Part shown: positions 19,912 through 30,690 of the stretch, one piece after another | Position numbering within the stretch: position 1 is the stretch's first letter | Layout of the letters: each line of letters opens with the position of its first letter | NCBI GenBank assembly: GCA_029838195.1 | Contig: JALGVJ010000010.1 | Coordinates: forward strand, 32,001 to 96,000 | Origin: Promethearchaeota archaeon | Lineage (GTDB): Archaea; Asgardarchaeota; Lokiarchaeia; Sigyniarchaeales; SOKP01 | Direction of reading: 5' to 3' | DNA: 64,000 nt | Program-made: the position numbers and the translations under genes | The notes under the pieces: generated by a model | Told to the model about the DNA's origin: nothing | What the model saw: the letters and a program-made list of their open reading frames with translations, nothing else | Databases searched by the model: none

Positions 19912-21090
19912 ATGACATTAAAATTATATTGGAAAACACCTTACAAATCAGAATTTCAAGCACGCGTGAAATCCATTTCAGAAAAAGGGCTTCTCCTTGA
20001 TAAAACGTTATTTTATCCCCAAGGAGGAGGACAGAAATGTGATAAAGGAGTACTCTTTAAAAAAACAAAAACGGTTCCCGTTTTAAGAGTAATTCAAGAA
20101 GATAAAGATATTTATCATCAAATTCCTATTCCCGATTTAAATCATTTTAACGTTGGGGATGAGATTAAAGGCAAAATCGATTGGGAATATCGTTTTGGTT
20201 TAATGAAAGCTCATTCTTCACAACACGTGTTTTCCGCCGTGCTATATAATCATTTCAAAATTTCTACTACTAAAGTTTTTATTAATTCTGAGGAAGTATC
20301 CATTCATTTTGATAAAAACATCACAATTGAGCAATTAAAAGCCGCATTAAAGAAGGTAAATGAAATTTGCATTTCCAAAAATCATTTAATAACTTCCAAA
20401 ATTTTAAGCCCTTCGGAAGTCATGAACTTGACAAATAAAATAAGAGGACACATTCCTGATAAAAAAACGCTCCGGCTAATTGAAATAGATGAGGTGGATA
20501 AAACTTTCTGCGGAGGAACTCATGTTAAAAATACTATTGAAATTGGACCACTTTTCATCCATGAGTTTAAAAAAGGAAGAGAAATTAAATATTACCTGGG
20601 AAAGAAAGCTTCAGATCTTCTTTCCGTGATTAATGCTGATTTATTGGATTTAACAAATCAATTAAATAACCCCCTCACGGAATTAAAATACTTGATATCC
20701 AAGAGATTTGAACAAAATGAAGCCTTAAAACGAGAAAAAATAAAAATATTATCTCAACTTTTTAAAAAATGTGCAACCCATCCCGACCAAACCATACATG
20801 ACATTAAACTATCCATAATAGAATCGGATCTAGAAAGCATCATGCTCAATAAGATGATGAAAGAATTTCCTCCTGAGCACGTGCTTATTTTGATATTAAA
20901 TGAAAATAAAATTAAAATTTTATCAACCAGCGAAAAAATAACGGCAAACGTGCTCATGCAACAATTATTAAAAAAATTTAAAGGTAGAGGGGGAGGGTCT
21001 CCTTCACAAGCTCAAGGTAAATTAAAAAATTTCCCAGTAGATTTAAGTTCTGAAGTTATAAATATCATTAATTTCTTACTAGGGTCTTAA
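19912..21090 (+). CDS. alaX: AlaX-L type alanyl-tRNA editing protein with C-terminal DHHA1 domain
   Basis: TLFYPQGGGQ, HSSQH and CGGTH Zn motifs, GRGGGS..AQG DHHA1 end. Confidence 0.88.
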   Translation: MTLKLYWKTPYKSEFQARVKSISEKGLLLDKTLFYPQGGGQKCDKGVLFKKTKTVPVLRVIQEDKDIYHQIPIPDLNHFNVGDEIKGKIDWEYRFGLMKAHSSQHVFSAVLYNHFKISTTKVFINSEEVSIHFDKNITIEQLKAALKKVNEICISKNHLITSKILSPSEVMNLTNKIRGHIPDKKTLRLIEIDEVDKTFCGGTHVKNTIEIGPLFIHEFKKGREIKYYLGKKASDLLSVINADLLDLTNQLNNPLTELKYLISKRFEQNEALKREKIKILSQLFKKCATHPDQTIHDIKLSIIESDLESIMLNKMMKEFPPEHVLILILNENKIKILSTSEKITANVLMQQLLKKFKGRGGGSPSQAQGKLKNFPVDLSSEVINIINFLLGS

Positions 21091-21391
21091 TTCCTGATTT
21101 TTTTCAAATATGATAAAATGTTCCAAAAAAGACATGCTCTTATTTATTTATATTTTATGATTCCATTGAATCGGTATTAATTATCTCTTTTTCTCTTGAT
21201 GATTTATTTATTATCTTGATATTACCTGAAAAAATAAAATTTCATGGAAATTTTTTCAAAAGTATTAATATTTAATATTACTCGTTTAAAATTTAATGAG
21301 AAGTTTAATAATAAAAATATGAACTTGGATACTGAAAAAATCAAAGATTATTAAAAAAAAACAAAAGAGTTATTTAAATATTATTCATTGG

Positions 21392-22810
21392 TTAGTGGAG
21401 ATCTTTCTCATGTAATTGATGTTCTAACCACGCTTTCTTCTCTCCCTTAATATCATAAGTTAGCGCAAATAAAAGCGTGAAAAGCGCTGTAGATATCATG
21501 GGGATTATGGCAAAAGTGAGGATTATTCCTAATTCTGCTAAGGGCGTTTGCATTCCTTTTCCTATAGGAGCTGCGGCATTAAATCCCGTGATATCGTGAA
21601 TGAATACCATGAAAAACGTGAATACGATGATTCCTAATCTTCCAAAGAAAATATAAATGCCAACATAGACACTAGAATCTCTCTTTCCCGTTTGTATGGA
21701 TAAACTATCTAGTGCTTCTGACAAAATAGGTGCTAGCATGCTCCATAAGGCCGCATTTCCGAAACCCGTGATGAAGATGAAGATATAAGCCGTATTTACA
21801 TCCCTAATAAACACCAATGGCAACGTAGTCATGCTTTCCAAGAACCCACCGAGGACAGCTGTCTTATAGAAACCTATCTTTTTAGAAATCCAAGTAAAAA
21901 TGGGCACGCAAACGAATTGTCCGATAATGAAAAATACATAAATTAAAGTTAGCTCTGACGCCGGAACGCCTAATATCCACTTGGCGTAATAATTCACGCC
22001 CCCTATAACGAACAAGTCCCACATCTTATTTCCAAAATAAAATAAAATATATCCGAGGAAGGCTTTGTTGCTCAAGGCAATTTTGAGCGATTTGAAGAAT
22101 GGATCTTGTTTGACCATGCCTTGCTGAACTTCTAAAGCTTTTCGAGCGGGATCTTCTCTAGCACCATAGATAACAACCAAACCTGCCACAACACCGATAA
22201 GAAGTATGACAGCTGCCATTTCAGCGTATGATTCCACGACATCATATTCATATATATTAGGAGGTAAAAGAGTTCCTATGATAACGCTAAATATGGCTAA
22301 TATAAGCTTAAACATGTTTCCCTTGCGCTTAGCATCATCCGTTCGAAATTTCTCCGGAAACATCCCATACCACGCACAGAAAAAAGCTGAATAACACGTG
22401 TCAGCAAGGCAGAGCATCGTGCACATCCAAAAGAATAATCCAATGGGACCTAAGGTGCGTGGAGGCGCAAAAAGGAGGAAATAAAAGACATACATGGGAA
22501 TGAGCATGGTAGCAATCCATGGAAATCGTTTTCCGTACTTTCCCCACCAAGATCTGGGTGTTTCCTCAATGTATCCAATGATGGGGTCATTCACGGCGTT
22601 CCATATGGCAAATACCACGTTTGCAATTATCAAGAAGATGCCCGGCAATAGGAGTTCCGTTTCATAGAAGAAAAAATATAAGCCTGCGAATGCATTTCCT
22701 ACGAGTTCAAAGCCAAAAGCGCCAAAGCTAAAACTAATCATGGACTTTAAAGAAGTATGCCATTCAGCCCAATCATCTAGTTTTTTAATATCTTGTTGTT
22801 CACTTGTCAT
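21392..22810 (-). CDS. MFS transporter, GPH (MelB-like) family
   Basis: WNAVNDPIIG and GKRFPW motifs, about 12 TM. Confidence 0.88.
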   Translation of the reverse strand: MTSEQQDIKKLDDWAEWHTSLKSMISFSFGAFGFELVGNAFAGLYFFFYETELLLPGIFLIIANVVFAIWNAVNDPIIGYIEETPRSWWGKYGKRFPWIATMLIPMYVFYFLLFAPPRTLGPIGLFFWMCTMLCLADTCYSAFFCAWYGMFPEKFRTDDAKRKGNMFKLILAIFSVIIGTLLPPNIYEYDVVESYAEMAAVILLIGVVAGLVVIYGAREDPARKALEVQQGMVKQDPFFKSLKIALSNKAFLGYILFYFGNKMWDLFVIGGVNYYAKWILGVPASELTLIYVFFIIGQFVCVPIFTWISKKIGFYKTAVLGGFLESMTTLPLVFIRDVNTAYIFIFITGFGNAALWSMLAPILSEALDSLSIQTGKRDSSVYVGIYIFFGRLGIIVFTFFMVFIHDITGFNAAAPIGKGMQTPLAELGIILTFAIIPMISTALFTLLFALTYDIKGEKKAWLEHQLHEKDLH

Positions 22811-22937
22811 GTTATATAATCCCTATTCTCCATGAAAATTGAACGGTGATTAATAAATTTTCATATCATATTTAAACTTAATTAATTAATCATCATTTAA
22901 TTAACTAAACTTTAAAAAATAGAGAGTATGACTTGTC

Positions 22938-24362
22938 ATGGAACAAACAAACAAAAAAAAAATACCCGAAAAAAAAATAGAAAGACTTCCCTTATTTTTA
23001 AATAACACGGAAATTGCCAAGGAAACAATAGAATTTCTCCAAAACAGCATCCAAATTAATACCACCAATCCGCCAGGCAATGAAATTGCTTTAGCCCGCT
23101 TCATACAAGAGAAATTTGAAAATGAAAATAATCCACGCATAAAAACCAAATTAATCGAGACCAGACCTTCGCGAGGAAATTTAATAGTCACGGTTGAGGG
23201 GGCTGATCCAAAAAATAATCCTATTTGGGGTTTTGCTTCGCATTTAGACGTGGTTCCTGTTAGTGAGGATGAGCATTGGGACCATCCCCCTTTTTCAGGG
23301 GAGCTCGTGCAATTAGAACACGATCAATTCATTTGGGGGCGAGGAGCATTTGACATGAAACAAATTGGAGTAGCTCATGCAATGGGGCTAATAGTTCTCT
23401 TGCGAGAGGGATTTCAACCAAGAGGAACGATAAAACTGATCTATGAAGCGGATGAAGAGAGAGGCGGGGAAGAAGGAATGGCCATTTTAATGGAAGAGTA
23501 TTGGGATGACATGAAGGTGGATTATTTAATTACAGAGGGAGGAGGATATAAACTTCCCACGGGGCGAGATTTTGCCATTCAAACAGGAGAAAAGGGAAAA
23601 TGCCAGACATTAATTAGAGCAACAGGCGTAGCGGGTCATGGATCTACGCCAGATCCTTATGAAAAGTTTGCAATTTATAAGATAGTAAAAATTCTGGAGA
23701 AAATTCGTAAGAAAAAACGTAAAATTTACATGCTAAAAGAATACAAGCAACTTATTGATGCTGCTTCCTTGCCCACGTTATTAAAAATATTATTAAAGAG
23801 AAAAAGGATGGTTCGAAAAATCCTCTCTCTTGCCTCAAAACTTACTCATGAACCTTTTGATAAATTTTTCATTCCCATGTTAACGGATACCATCGCACCC
23901 ACTATTATTCGTGCGGGCAATAAAGTTAACGTGATCAGTCCCACAGCAGAGCTCTCATTAGATATAAGGGTATTACCCGGTCATGACCGTGAATTCATTT
24001 ATAATAAATTAGAAAAAATCATTGGAAAGAAACTTTTTCGAGAATTGGAATTAGAGTCAATTGATTATGCGTTAGCCACAACCTCTCCCATTAACACGAT
24101 CCTTTATGATAAAATTCAAGCGACTTTAGAAGAGATGTATCCTGGTGCCAATTTAGTACCCATTTTAGATACAGGAGGGTCTGATATGAAGCATTTACGC
24201 AAAAAAGATATTCCTTGCTATGGCTTTTCTTTATTATTGAAAGATCCGGACCTCACCTATGATGATTTGGTGGGCATGTCCCATGCTCCTAATGAGCGCA
24301 TTTCTGTGACTAATCTCATGCTTGCAACGGAATTTACTTATCGACTCATGAAAAAATTATGA
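22938..24362 (+). CDS. M20 family peptidase/deacylase
   Basis: SHLDVVP, WGRGAFDMK, ADEERGG, GHGS, NVI, HAPNERI. Confidence 0.92.
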   Translation: MEQTNKKKIPEKKIERLPLFLNNTEIAKETIEFLQNSIQINTTNPPGNEIALARFIQEKFENENNPRIKTKLIETRPSRGNLIVTVEGADPKNNPIWGFASHLDVVPVSEDEHWDHPPFSGELVQLEHDQFIWGRGAFDMKQIGVAHAMGLIVLLREGFQPRGTIKLIYEADEERGGEEGMAILMEEYWDDMKVDYLITEGGGYKLPTGRDFAIQTGEKGKCQTLIRATGVAGHGSTPDPYEKFAIYKIVKILEKIRKKKRKIYMLKEYKQLIDAASLPTLLKILLKRKRMVRKILSLASKLTHEPFDKFFIPMLTDTIAPTIIRAGNKVNVISPTAELSLDIRVLPGHDREFIYNKLEKIIGKKLFRELELESIDYALATTSPINTILYDKIQATLEEMYPGANLVPILDTGGSDMKHLRKKDIPCYGFSLLLKDPDLTYDDLVGMSHAPNERISVTNLMLATEFTYRLMKKL

Positions 24363-24573
24363 GTTAACCGATTTTATTTGTAATAATTTTTTAGTCGTTG
24401 TTTTTTCATGTTTCGCTATCGTGGGCCTCCTCTTAGAAATAATTCTATTTTTTTTAATTAATTAATGATATTACGAGCTTAGAGGGGGGTAATCTTTAGA
24501 GAAATTAAGGTTCATGAATCCAACTCAAGTGAAAATGAAAAAGAAAAAATCGAAAAAAAGAATTTAAATATGC

Positions 24574-25077
24574 TCACGCTACCATTTCCGTTTTTTGAAT
24601 TTCGAAACCTTTCCCACAATACTCGCAATACACGCGTCCGCGAGAGTTTAAAAACTCCTTCATTTTTAACGTAAATTTTGCGCCACATTCATTACAAAAC
24701 TTAATTTGAGAGTCAATTTTCTGTTTTTTTATTAAAGTGGAATGTACTTCGGTAGGTGATTGGATTTTTTGTTGATGAGGATGATCAGGTTGATGAGCTC
24801 CTTGATCAAATATCATGCGATAAATACCCTTGCTTAATCTAAGTAAGAGATGCCCGACTTCCTTTAATAAATAATACAAACCTTTCAATAGATAATAGAC
24901 GACATATCCAAGTCCCAATATAATGTAAAAAATTAACGCAAAAATTAAAGCAAGAATTGCCATGATGCTTAAAACTATTAGAACTTGACCAAAAAGCGGT
25001 AGGCTAAAATACCAGTCAGCTAATTGCTCTCCAGTCATGCTATATTCTCCTAATTGGAAAAAAATCATATCAGACAT
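24574..25077 (-). CDS. membrane-anchored zinc ribbon protein
   Basis: Long N-terminal hydrophobic region; FCNECG..YCEYCG. Confidence 0.7.
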   Translation of the reverse strand: MSDMIFFQLGEYSMTGEQLADWYFSLPLFGQVLIVLSIMAILALIFALIFYIILGLGYVVYYLLKGLYYLLKEVGHLLLRLSKGIYRMIFDQGAHQPDHPHQQKIQSPTEVHSTLIKKQKIDSQIKFCNECGAKFTLKMKEFLNSRGRVYCEYCGKGFEIQKTEMVA

Positions 25078-25148
25078 TATATTACCTCTTATTCGTGATT
25101 ATTGACATGTATTTTTCTTATATTTTAAACATTTTTCTTCGATAATAA

Positions 25149-25169
25149 AAAAATTGGAGTCCAATTTTT
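25149..25169. promoter_or_regulatory. candidate operator palindrome in a divergent intergenic region
   Basis: AAAAATTGGA-G-TCCAATTTTT, perfect 10-bp arms. Confidence 0.4.
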
Positions 25170-25326
25170 AAAAACTCTCGATTTTATCGATATTTTCCAT
25201 GAATGCTTATATTCATACCAAGAAATTCCTTATAATAAGGAAGTAAAATAATTAAATGATATTTAATTATCTTTTTTTTATTCATCATGAATTTTTCAAA
25301 TTTTAAACAATTTAAATAACCTTTTC

Positions 25327-26061
25327 ATGAAAATGGATACAATTAGAATTGATGAAATGAATTGGGTGGATATCAAGGAAAAAATTGAAAGGGGATATAC
25401 AACGGTGATATTTGGAGTAGGATCTACTGAACAACATGGGCCTTCCTTACCAGAGCAAACGGATGCATTACAAGCGGATAGATTCGCAAATCTAATTGCT
25501 CGTGAACTTGGCAAAGCATTACAAGCCCCTACGATTTCCGTTGGGTTTTCTGAATATCATTTAAACTTTCCAGGTACCATTTCCCTTCGTGAATCGATAT
25601 TAACCGCAGTAGTTGAGGATTATATTAGTAGTTTGGCTGGACATGGATTTAAAAATATTGTTATTTATGTTTCGCATGGAGGGAATGAAGAATCCGTGAA
25701 AAAAGCCATCGCTAACATGCAAAATAAATTTCCTCACATCAAAATGATTTATTATTATACTCAAGACATTTATCCGGCCATTCGAGCTATGGGGCAAAAA
25801 TATGGATTAACCGTTGGCGAGATAGGTTCGCATGCGGGAGATATGGAAGCCTCAATAATGCTATATTTAGCACCAGAATTGGTTAAAAAAGAACGATTAG
25901 TAAAAGGATTAACAAAAGTAATTACACCCAGGTTGAGGAAAAAATTTCGAGCTGAAGGGTTCAATGCCATAACGGAAAATGATGTTGTTGGAGATCAAAC
26001 AAAAGCTTTGGCAGAAAAAGGCTTCGACAGAAAAAGGAAGGAAGTCATTGGACATCAATGA
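25327..26061 (+). CDS. creatininase (creatinine amidohydrolase) family protein
   Basis: GSTEQHGPSLP..TD, FPGTISL, SHGGN, HAGDMEAS. Confidence 0.9.
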   Translation: MKMDTIRIDEMNWVDIKEKIERGYTTVIFGVGSTEQHGPSLPEQTDALQADRFANLIARELGKALQAPTISVGFSEYHLNFPGTISLRESILTAVVEDYISSLAGHGFKNIVIYVSHGGNEESVKKAIANMQNKFPHIKMIYYYTQDIYPAIRAMGQKYGLTVGEIGSHAGDMEASIMLYLAPELVKKERLVKGLTKVITPRLRKKFRAEGFNAITENDVVGDQTKALAEKGFDRKRKEVIGHQ

Positions 26062-26322
26062 TTTGCCTCGTCCTCCATCTCATTAAAATTAAAACGTAGA
26101 AATGTAAATTTTTTTATTTTTATAATTATAATTAAATGAATAAATGAATTAATTCCGGCTTTCAAAAATTCACTCGCGTTTAATTTATTAAGAAGATTTA
26201 GAAATTTGTGTGCCTCATTCTTTTTTTATTTATTCTATCTTTTTCAATAATATATGATTTATATTGCTCAATCATAATTTATGAGCTTCTAATTAATGAA
26301 GTACGCAAATTAAAGCAAATGT

Positions 26323-26745
26323 TTGATTTACATGTATGATGATTTAAAAGAATTTCAGAATAAGAAATATAGCGGGATGAAAATAGGAAATTCTCATTCA
26401 TGGCATTATTCCAATGGAAGATGGTATGAAACAAAAAAAACTCCGGATGAATGGGAAATTAATTTTGAATGCGTGAAGAAACGCATGAATCCTGCTCCAT
26501 TTAATTCCGGTGCAAAAATTGGAACAAAATATCATTGGTATATACTTGCTGACCAATTTGCCATTAAATTAGATCCGAATTCTTACATGACAATAATGAG
26601 GGGTGTGAAATTTAAAATTGGGCACAAGCGCCCTCATTGGAAGAAATTTAGTTATGAATACCCCCAACAACTTAGTTATAAAGAACGAATTATCAATATT
26701 TTAGAAGAGACTTTAAAAAGATTAAAAAATGATTTTTCATGTTAG
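26323..26745 (+). CDS. conserved hypothetical Trp/His/Tyr-rich protein
   Basis: Globular-looking ORF (YSGMKIGNSHSWHY, GTKYHWYILADQ, GHKRPHW); function not recognised. Confidence 0.7.
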   Translation: MIYMYDDLKEFQNKKYSGMKIGNSHSWHYSNGRWYETKKTPDEWEINFECVKKRMNPAPFNSGAKIGTKYHWYILADQFAIKLDPNSYMTIMRGVKFKIGHKRPHWKKFSYEYPQQLSYKERIINILEETLKRLKNDFSC

Positions 26746-26995
26746 ACGAATTGAAAATCATTTTTACATGTTATCCTAAGTGCCGCGAAAATGGATGAGA
26801 TGTTATATTATTGATCATGGCAAATTTTTTGATATTTTAATTTAACTTGTAAAGAGATTTGAAATCATCGCATATTTCAAGAATTCAAATAGTCTATGAA
26901 TATTTTCGTGAACTCTCCTTGAACCTTAAAAATCTTTCACGAAAATGTAAAAAGTAAGAAAAAAAATTATCGAAATGCTATTAATTTATTTAATT

Positions 26996-27649
26996 TTATT
27001 TATTCCCTATTTTTTCATGAAATATATTTATTGCCACTAACGTGATCCAAGCTTCTGCTATATAAATTGCTATGAATTCCATGAAAAAATTCCATCCTCC
27101 CGGAAGATCGATAAAAATTAAGATAACACTCATCAAACCCGTTAAAAAACCAAAATAAGCAATGGATTTTTTAAATTTTGGGTGGGTTAAAAGCACACCA
27201 TTAATGAAAAATTCTGCTACAATTATGCTTGTAAAAATTACCATGCTCCAGAAAGCGTGAGTTTCTCCAAAATCCTCTGAAAATATTCCATTCATTACCA
27301 AACCAATGCCCGCAAGTATCCCAAAAAATTGCGCAATGTATAATACAAGGTTTTTGAGTTTATTGTCCATGTAGAAAACGTATAAACCTCCGGTAAATAA
27401 TATTATCGTTAATCCCATCCAAACTTGTCCTGTATTATAGAATTGTGCTCCTAATGGGCTATTATAAAAATTGCGCGTGGGATGAAGGGTAGTTCTTCCC
27501 AGATCGCTATGATAATTCGTGAATGGACTAAAAGGAGGGACCTCAGAAGGCCATAAAAGATAGGCGGGAATATTAAAAAAAAGATCCGTACACCACATTA
27601 GCAGAGTGGCAAGCACGGATAAAGGCCATTTAAAAGGATTTTTTTCCAT
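26996..27649 (-). CDS. DUF998-like membrane protein
   Basis: FSPFTNYHSDLG motif, GIFSED..H, 5-6 TM. Confidence 0.7.
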   Translation of the reverse strand: MEKNPFKWPLSVLATLLMWCTDLFFNIPAYLLWPSEVPPFSPFTNYHSDLGRTTLHPTRNFYNSPLGAQFYNTGQVWMGLTIILFTGGLYVFYMDNKLKNLVLYIAQFFGILAGIGLVMNGIFSEDFGETHAFWSMVIFTSIIVAEFFINGVLLTHPKFKKSIAYFGFLTGLMSVILIFIDLPGGWNFFMEFIAIYIAEAWITLVAINIFHEKIGNK

Positions 27650-27917
27650 AATATCTTCACGGTGTTAAAATTGTTTTATAATATTGTAGTAATAACATGA
27701 GCTAAATGAAAAGTCTATGAATAGTGATAGAATTAAAATAATAAAAATACTTTTTCTTCCCTTCAACACCCACCACGGGATGGCTGATTTTCATTAAATA
27801 ATCTTGCTCATTTAATAATTTGAAATCTTTCAATTAAAAATGAAGCTTCTTTTGGTGGGAATTTATATTATTTTTAACATTGTATCAAATATTAAAACTA
27901 AAAATTTAACTTGAAAA

Positions 27918-28637
27918 ATGTTTTGTACTATAGAAGGTATTAAAATTCCGCTTGTAATGACCGGAAGCTCCACATTTGTCGGTTCTGCTCAATTTGGAAA
28001 AAATGCCCGGATTTATCGGAAGAAGTTTTTAAAAAACACGGAAGCAATGTTGGAAATTTTAAAAGCTAGTTATCAAGCAGGAGGAAGAGGGTTTCACGTG
28101 GTGGATGCTGGCAAAATCGTGGAGGCGGCAAAAATAATGCTTGAAACCCATAATGATTACGTCGTAATTGGTTCTACTTTTCCCGGCCCAGATCCCTTGA
28201 TTGAGAATTTAATTGCTATCGGAGCAAAAATAATTTTCATTCATGCAAGTGCTGCGGACAGAAAAGATCAAAGATTAAATGCACTCATTGAGGAAATATC
28301 TTCTCGTGGAGTTCATATTGGGTTAGCTGTTCATAATGCTATATCCACATTAACCTATGCTTTTGAGAATCTACCTGATATTAAAACCTTTTTGACGCCA
28401 TTCAATAAAGCAGGACTTTACATGGGTTATAAGGAACAATTAGAACAGTTAATCGATCAAAAAAAAGACTGTTTCTTCATCGGAATGAAGACCATGGCTG
28501 CGGGAAAATTAAATCCAGAAGAGGCATTTGATTATATTTCCAAACATAATATTTGTGCGGCGACCATCGGAATGGTAACTCTCGAAGAAGCTACCATTAC
28601 GACGAAAATGGCATTAGAAATGTTTTCAAAAAAATAG
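27918..28637 (+). CDS. hypothetical TIM-barrel protein, aldo/keto-reductase-like
   Basis: IGMKTMAAGKLNPEEAFDY...IGM..EEA C-terminal motif. Confidence 0.6.
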   Translation: MFCTIEGIKIPLVMTGSSTFVGSAQFGKNARIYRKKFLKNTEAMLEILKASYQAGGRGFHVVDAGKIVEAAKIMLETHNDYVVIGSTFPGPDPLIENLIAIGAKIIFIHASAADRKDQRLNALIEEISSRGVHIGLAVHNAISTLTYAFENLPDIKTFLTPFNKAGLYMGYKEQLEQLIDQKKDCFFIGMKTMAAGKLNPEEAFDYISKHNICAATIGMVTLEEATITTKMALEMFSKK

Positions 28638-28687
28638 TTTTATTCTTCTTTTTTTTTAGAAAAAGATTGAATTTTGAATTTTGAATT

Positions 28688-29595
28688 TTAGCTAAGTAAT
28701 TCAAAAATATCCTTGATTTTTGGTTTAATATGGCTCTTCTTTCCAAAGCGGTTTAAAATCCACCAACAACTCACGCAATAAGTTGTCACGTAATCAATAT
28801 CATCTCGATTAAAATCCTTCATTCTTTTATTCGCAATGGCCTCTATAATATCCGTTCGATGTTGATAGCCGATACCTCCTCCACAACACCAATGGGGCAC
28901 GTTGGCTATTTTATATCCACTTTTTTTCATGATTTCCTCAACTTGTTTATCGAGGTCGGGAAATCCGCGATTTTTTAATTGGCATAAATGTTGGAATGCA
29001 ACCGTTCCTGATTTTTTGGTTTGGCTGGGTCTTAAATAATCCGTGATATATTTTATCTCAACATTTTTTAATTCGGGGCAATAATAATTTGCATATAAAT
29101 AAAAACAAGCGGGACAAAGGCAAATTATCCTCTTGAACTGAGAGAAAATCTCCAAGTTTTCTTTTTTACACGTGTCAATCTCGACAGTAGAGCCCGAGAC
29201 ATGCCATGTTCGGTATATCGTGGAATTCGAATGGTAGAAAGGCACCCCATGAAGAAAAGTGTATCAGATTTTTTTGGAATGCCCTCTGGAATTCTAATGC
29301 GCATGGTATTGGAGGGATAAGGAGTTCGATATTTTTTAAAATACTCTTGCATTTGTTCCCATCCCTCGAACGATTTCACTTGTTTTAGATATTCTCTTTT
29401 TAGCTGGATTCTCTCTTCTTCAGTTGGGCATTCACCGCAATGTACGCAATTATAGAGTTTCTTAAAATCTTCCGGAACAAACTTGATTTGGTCTACATGT
29501 TTAATCATGTCTTTAATATCTTCATCCTTGATGAAATTCTCGGGATCAATTTCTTTGGTAGGATAATTTTTTCTTCCGGGAATTCTTTCATTCAC
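28688..29595 (-). pseudogene. split CCG-domain (HdrD/GlpC-like) Fe-S protein
   Basis: 5' part has CVHCGEC and FFMGC; 3' part in another frame has CPAC, HLC, CCGGG and YCVSC; frame switch near 29200-29210, where the first CCG motif is missing. Confidence 0.75.
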
Positions 29596-29951
29596 TTTAG
29601 CTCATCTATTCTCTTAAAATTTCAAGGCATTTTTAAATATTATTCTTCTTTTTAATAAATCGACGATAACAATCAATATTTAACTCAGGAAATTTATTTT
29701 TTTTTAAAGAGGCTTCTTAAAAATCGAGAAGTTTATTTTCGTGCTTTACTCTCATTTTTATACGTAAGTAAAATTAAGCTCTTTTTTGGTATACATCGCG
29801 CAGTCCTTTAGAATAAATAGGGTTATAAATTTAAAATGAATTAATGAAGAGGTTCCAACGGATGAAATAATATTTAACATTAAAAGAGGGAAACAAATTT
29901 CAGGAAAATAAGAAAGGAAAATTCGTAGGATACTTGGTTAAGTTTCAACTT

Positions 29952-30281
29952 TCATTTATAATCTTCTCGTGTAGGGCTAAAAATTTCTACGACTTCACTA
30001 TATTCTAACATCTTAGCACCATGCTTTTCAAAAGAATCAAATACGTAGCTATCACCTTCTTTTGCTATAAATTCCCCCTTTTCCGTAATGAATTTTATTT
30101 TTCCCTTTAAAACATAACCAATTTGATGCGCCTCATGATCATGAAGGGGAATTTCCGCATCTTTTTCGAGAATGAAAAAACAAGACATCACGGTGTCATT
30201 ATAAGCTAACGTTTTTCGATAAACACCTTCGAGCATTTTTACCATATCTACACCATCCTTATTGATCGGACCTTTTATCAT
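29952..30281 (-). CDS. cupin domain protein
   Basis: IPLHDHEAHQIGYVLKG...EKHG...FSPTREDY. Confidence 0.9.
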   Translation of the reverse strand: MIKGPINKDGVDMVKMLEGVYRKTLAYNDTVMSCFFILEKDAEIPLHDHEAHQIGYVLKGKIKFITEKGEFIAKEGDSYVFDSFEKHGAKMLEYSEVVEIFSPTREDYK

Positions 30282-30424
30282 TTTATTCCCTTTTTTATTT
30301 TTTTTAATTTTCTCTATTTATCATGTAATTTAAAATTTCTTAGTTCAAGAAAATCACGAGGGCTTTCAAGGTTATGGCCATTCATTTTCGTGGGAATAAG
30401 TTGATAGTAATATCTCTAACTATT

Positions 30425-30510
30425 ATGGAACCGTGATATCATTATTCGAAATGGAACTTTAATTGATGTAACTGGAAATCCACCATGTTCCGCAGAAATG
30501 GGAATAAAAT
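30425..30510 (+). pseudogene. N-terminal remnant of an amidohydrolase/D-aminoacylase-type gene
   Basis: ATG GAA, then a 1-nt shift into DIIIRNGTLIDVTGNPPCSAEMGIK, matching the usual D.IIRNG.LIDGTG.P...D.GI N-terminus; rest of gene absent. Confidence 0.55.
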
Positions 30511-30690
30511 CCTCGGATTTAAAAAATTCTTCAACTATATTTTTCACTATATATTCCAATTTTAACCGGGATCCCCGAAAAATTAGAGAGGATGAAAAAT
30601 AAAAAAATTAGGAAACTTCATGCCTACAATGCTTATATATTTTAAGGATTTTAAATTAAAATTAATAATATTTTTTCTTAAGGGGGTACC

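Noticed and set aside
26891-27723. 12-bp direct repeat AGTCTATGAATA flanking the DUF998-like gene
   Set aside because: No terminal inverted repeats or transposase, so it cannot be supported as a target-site duplication
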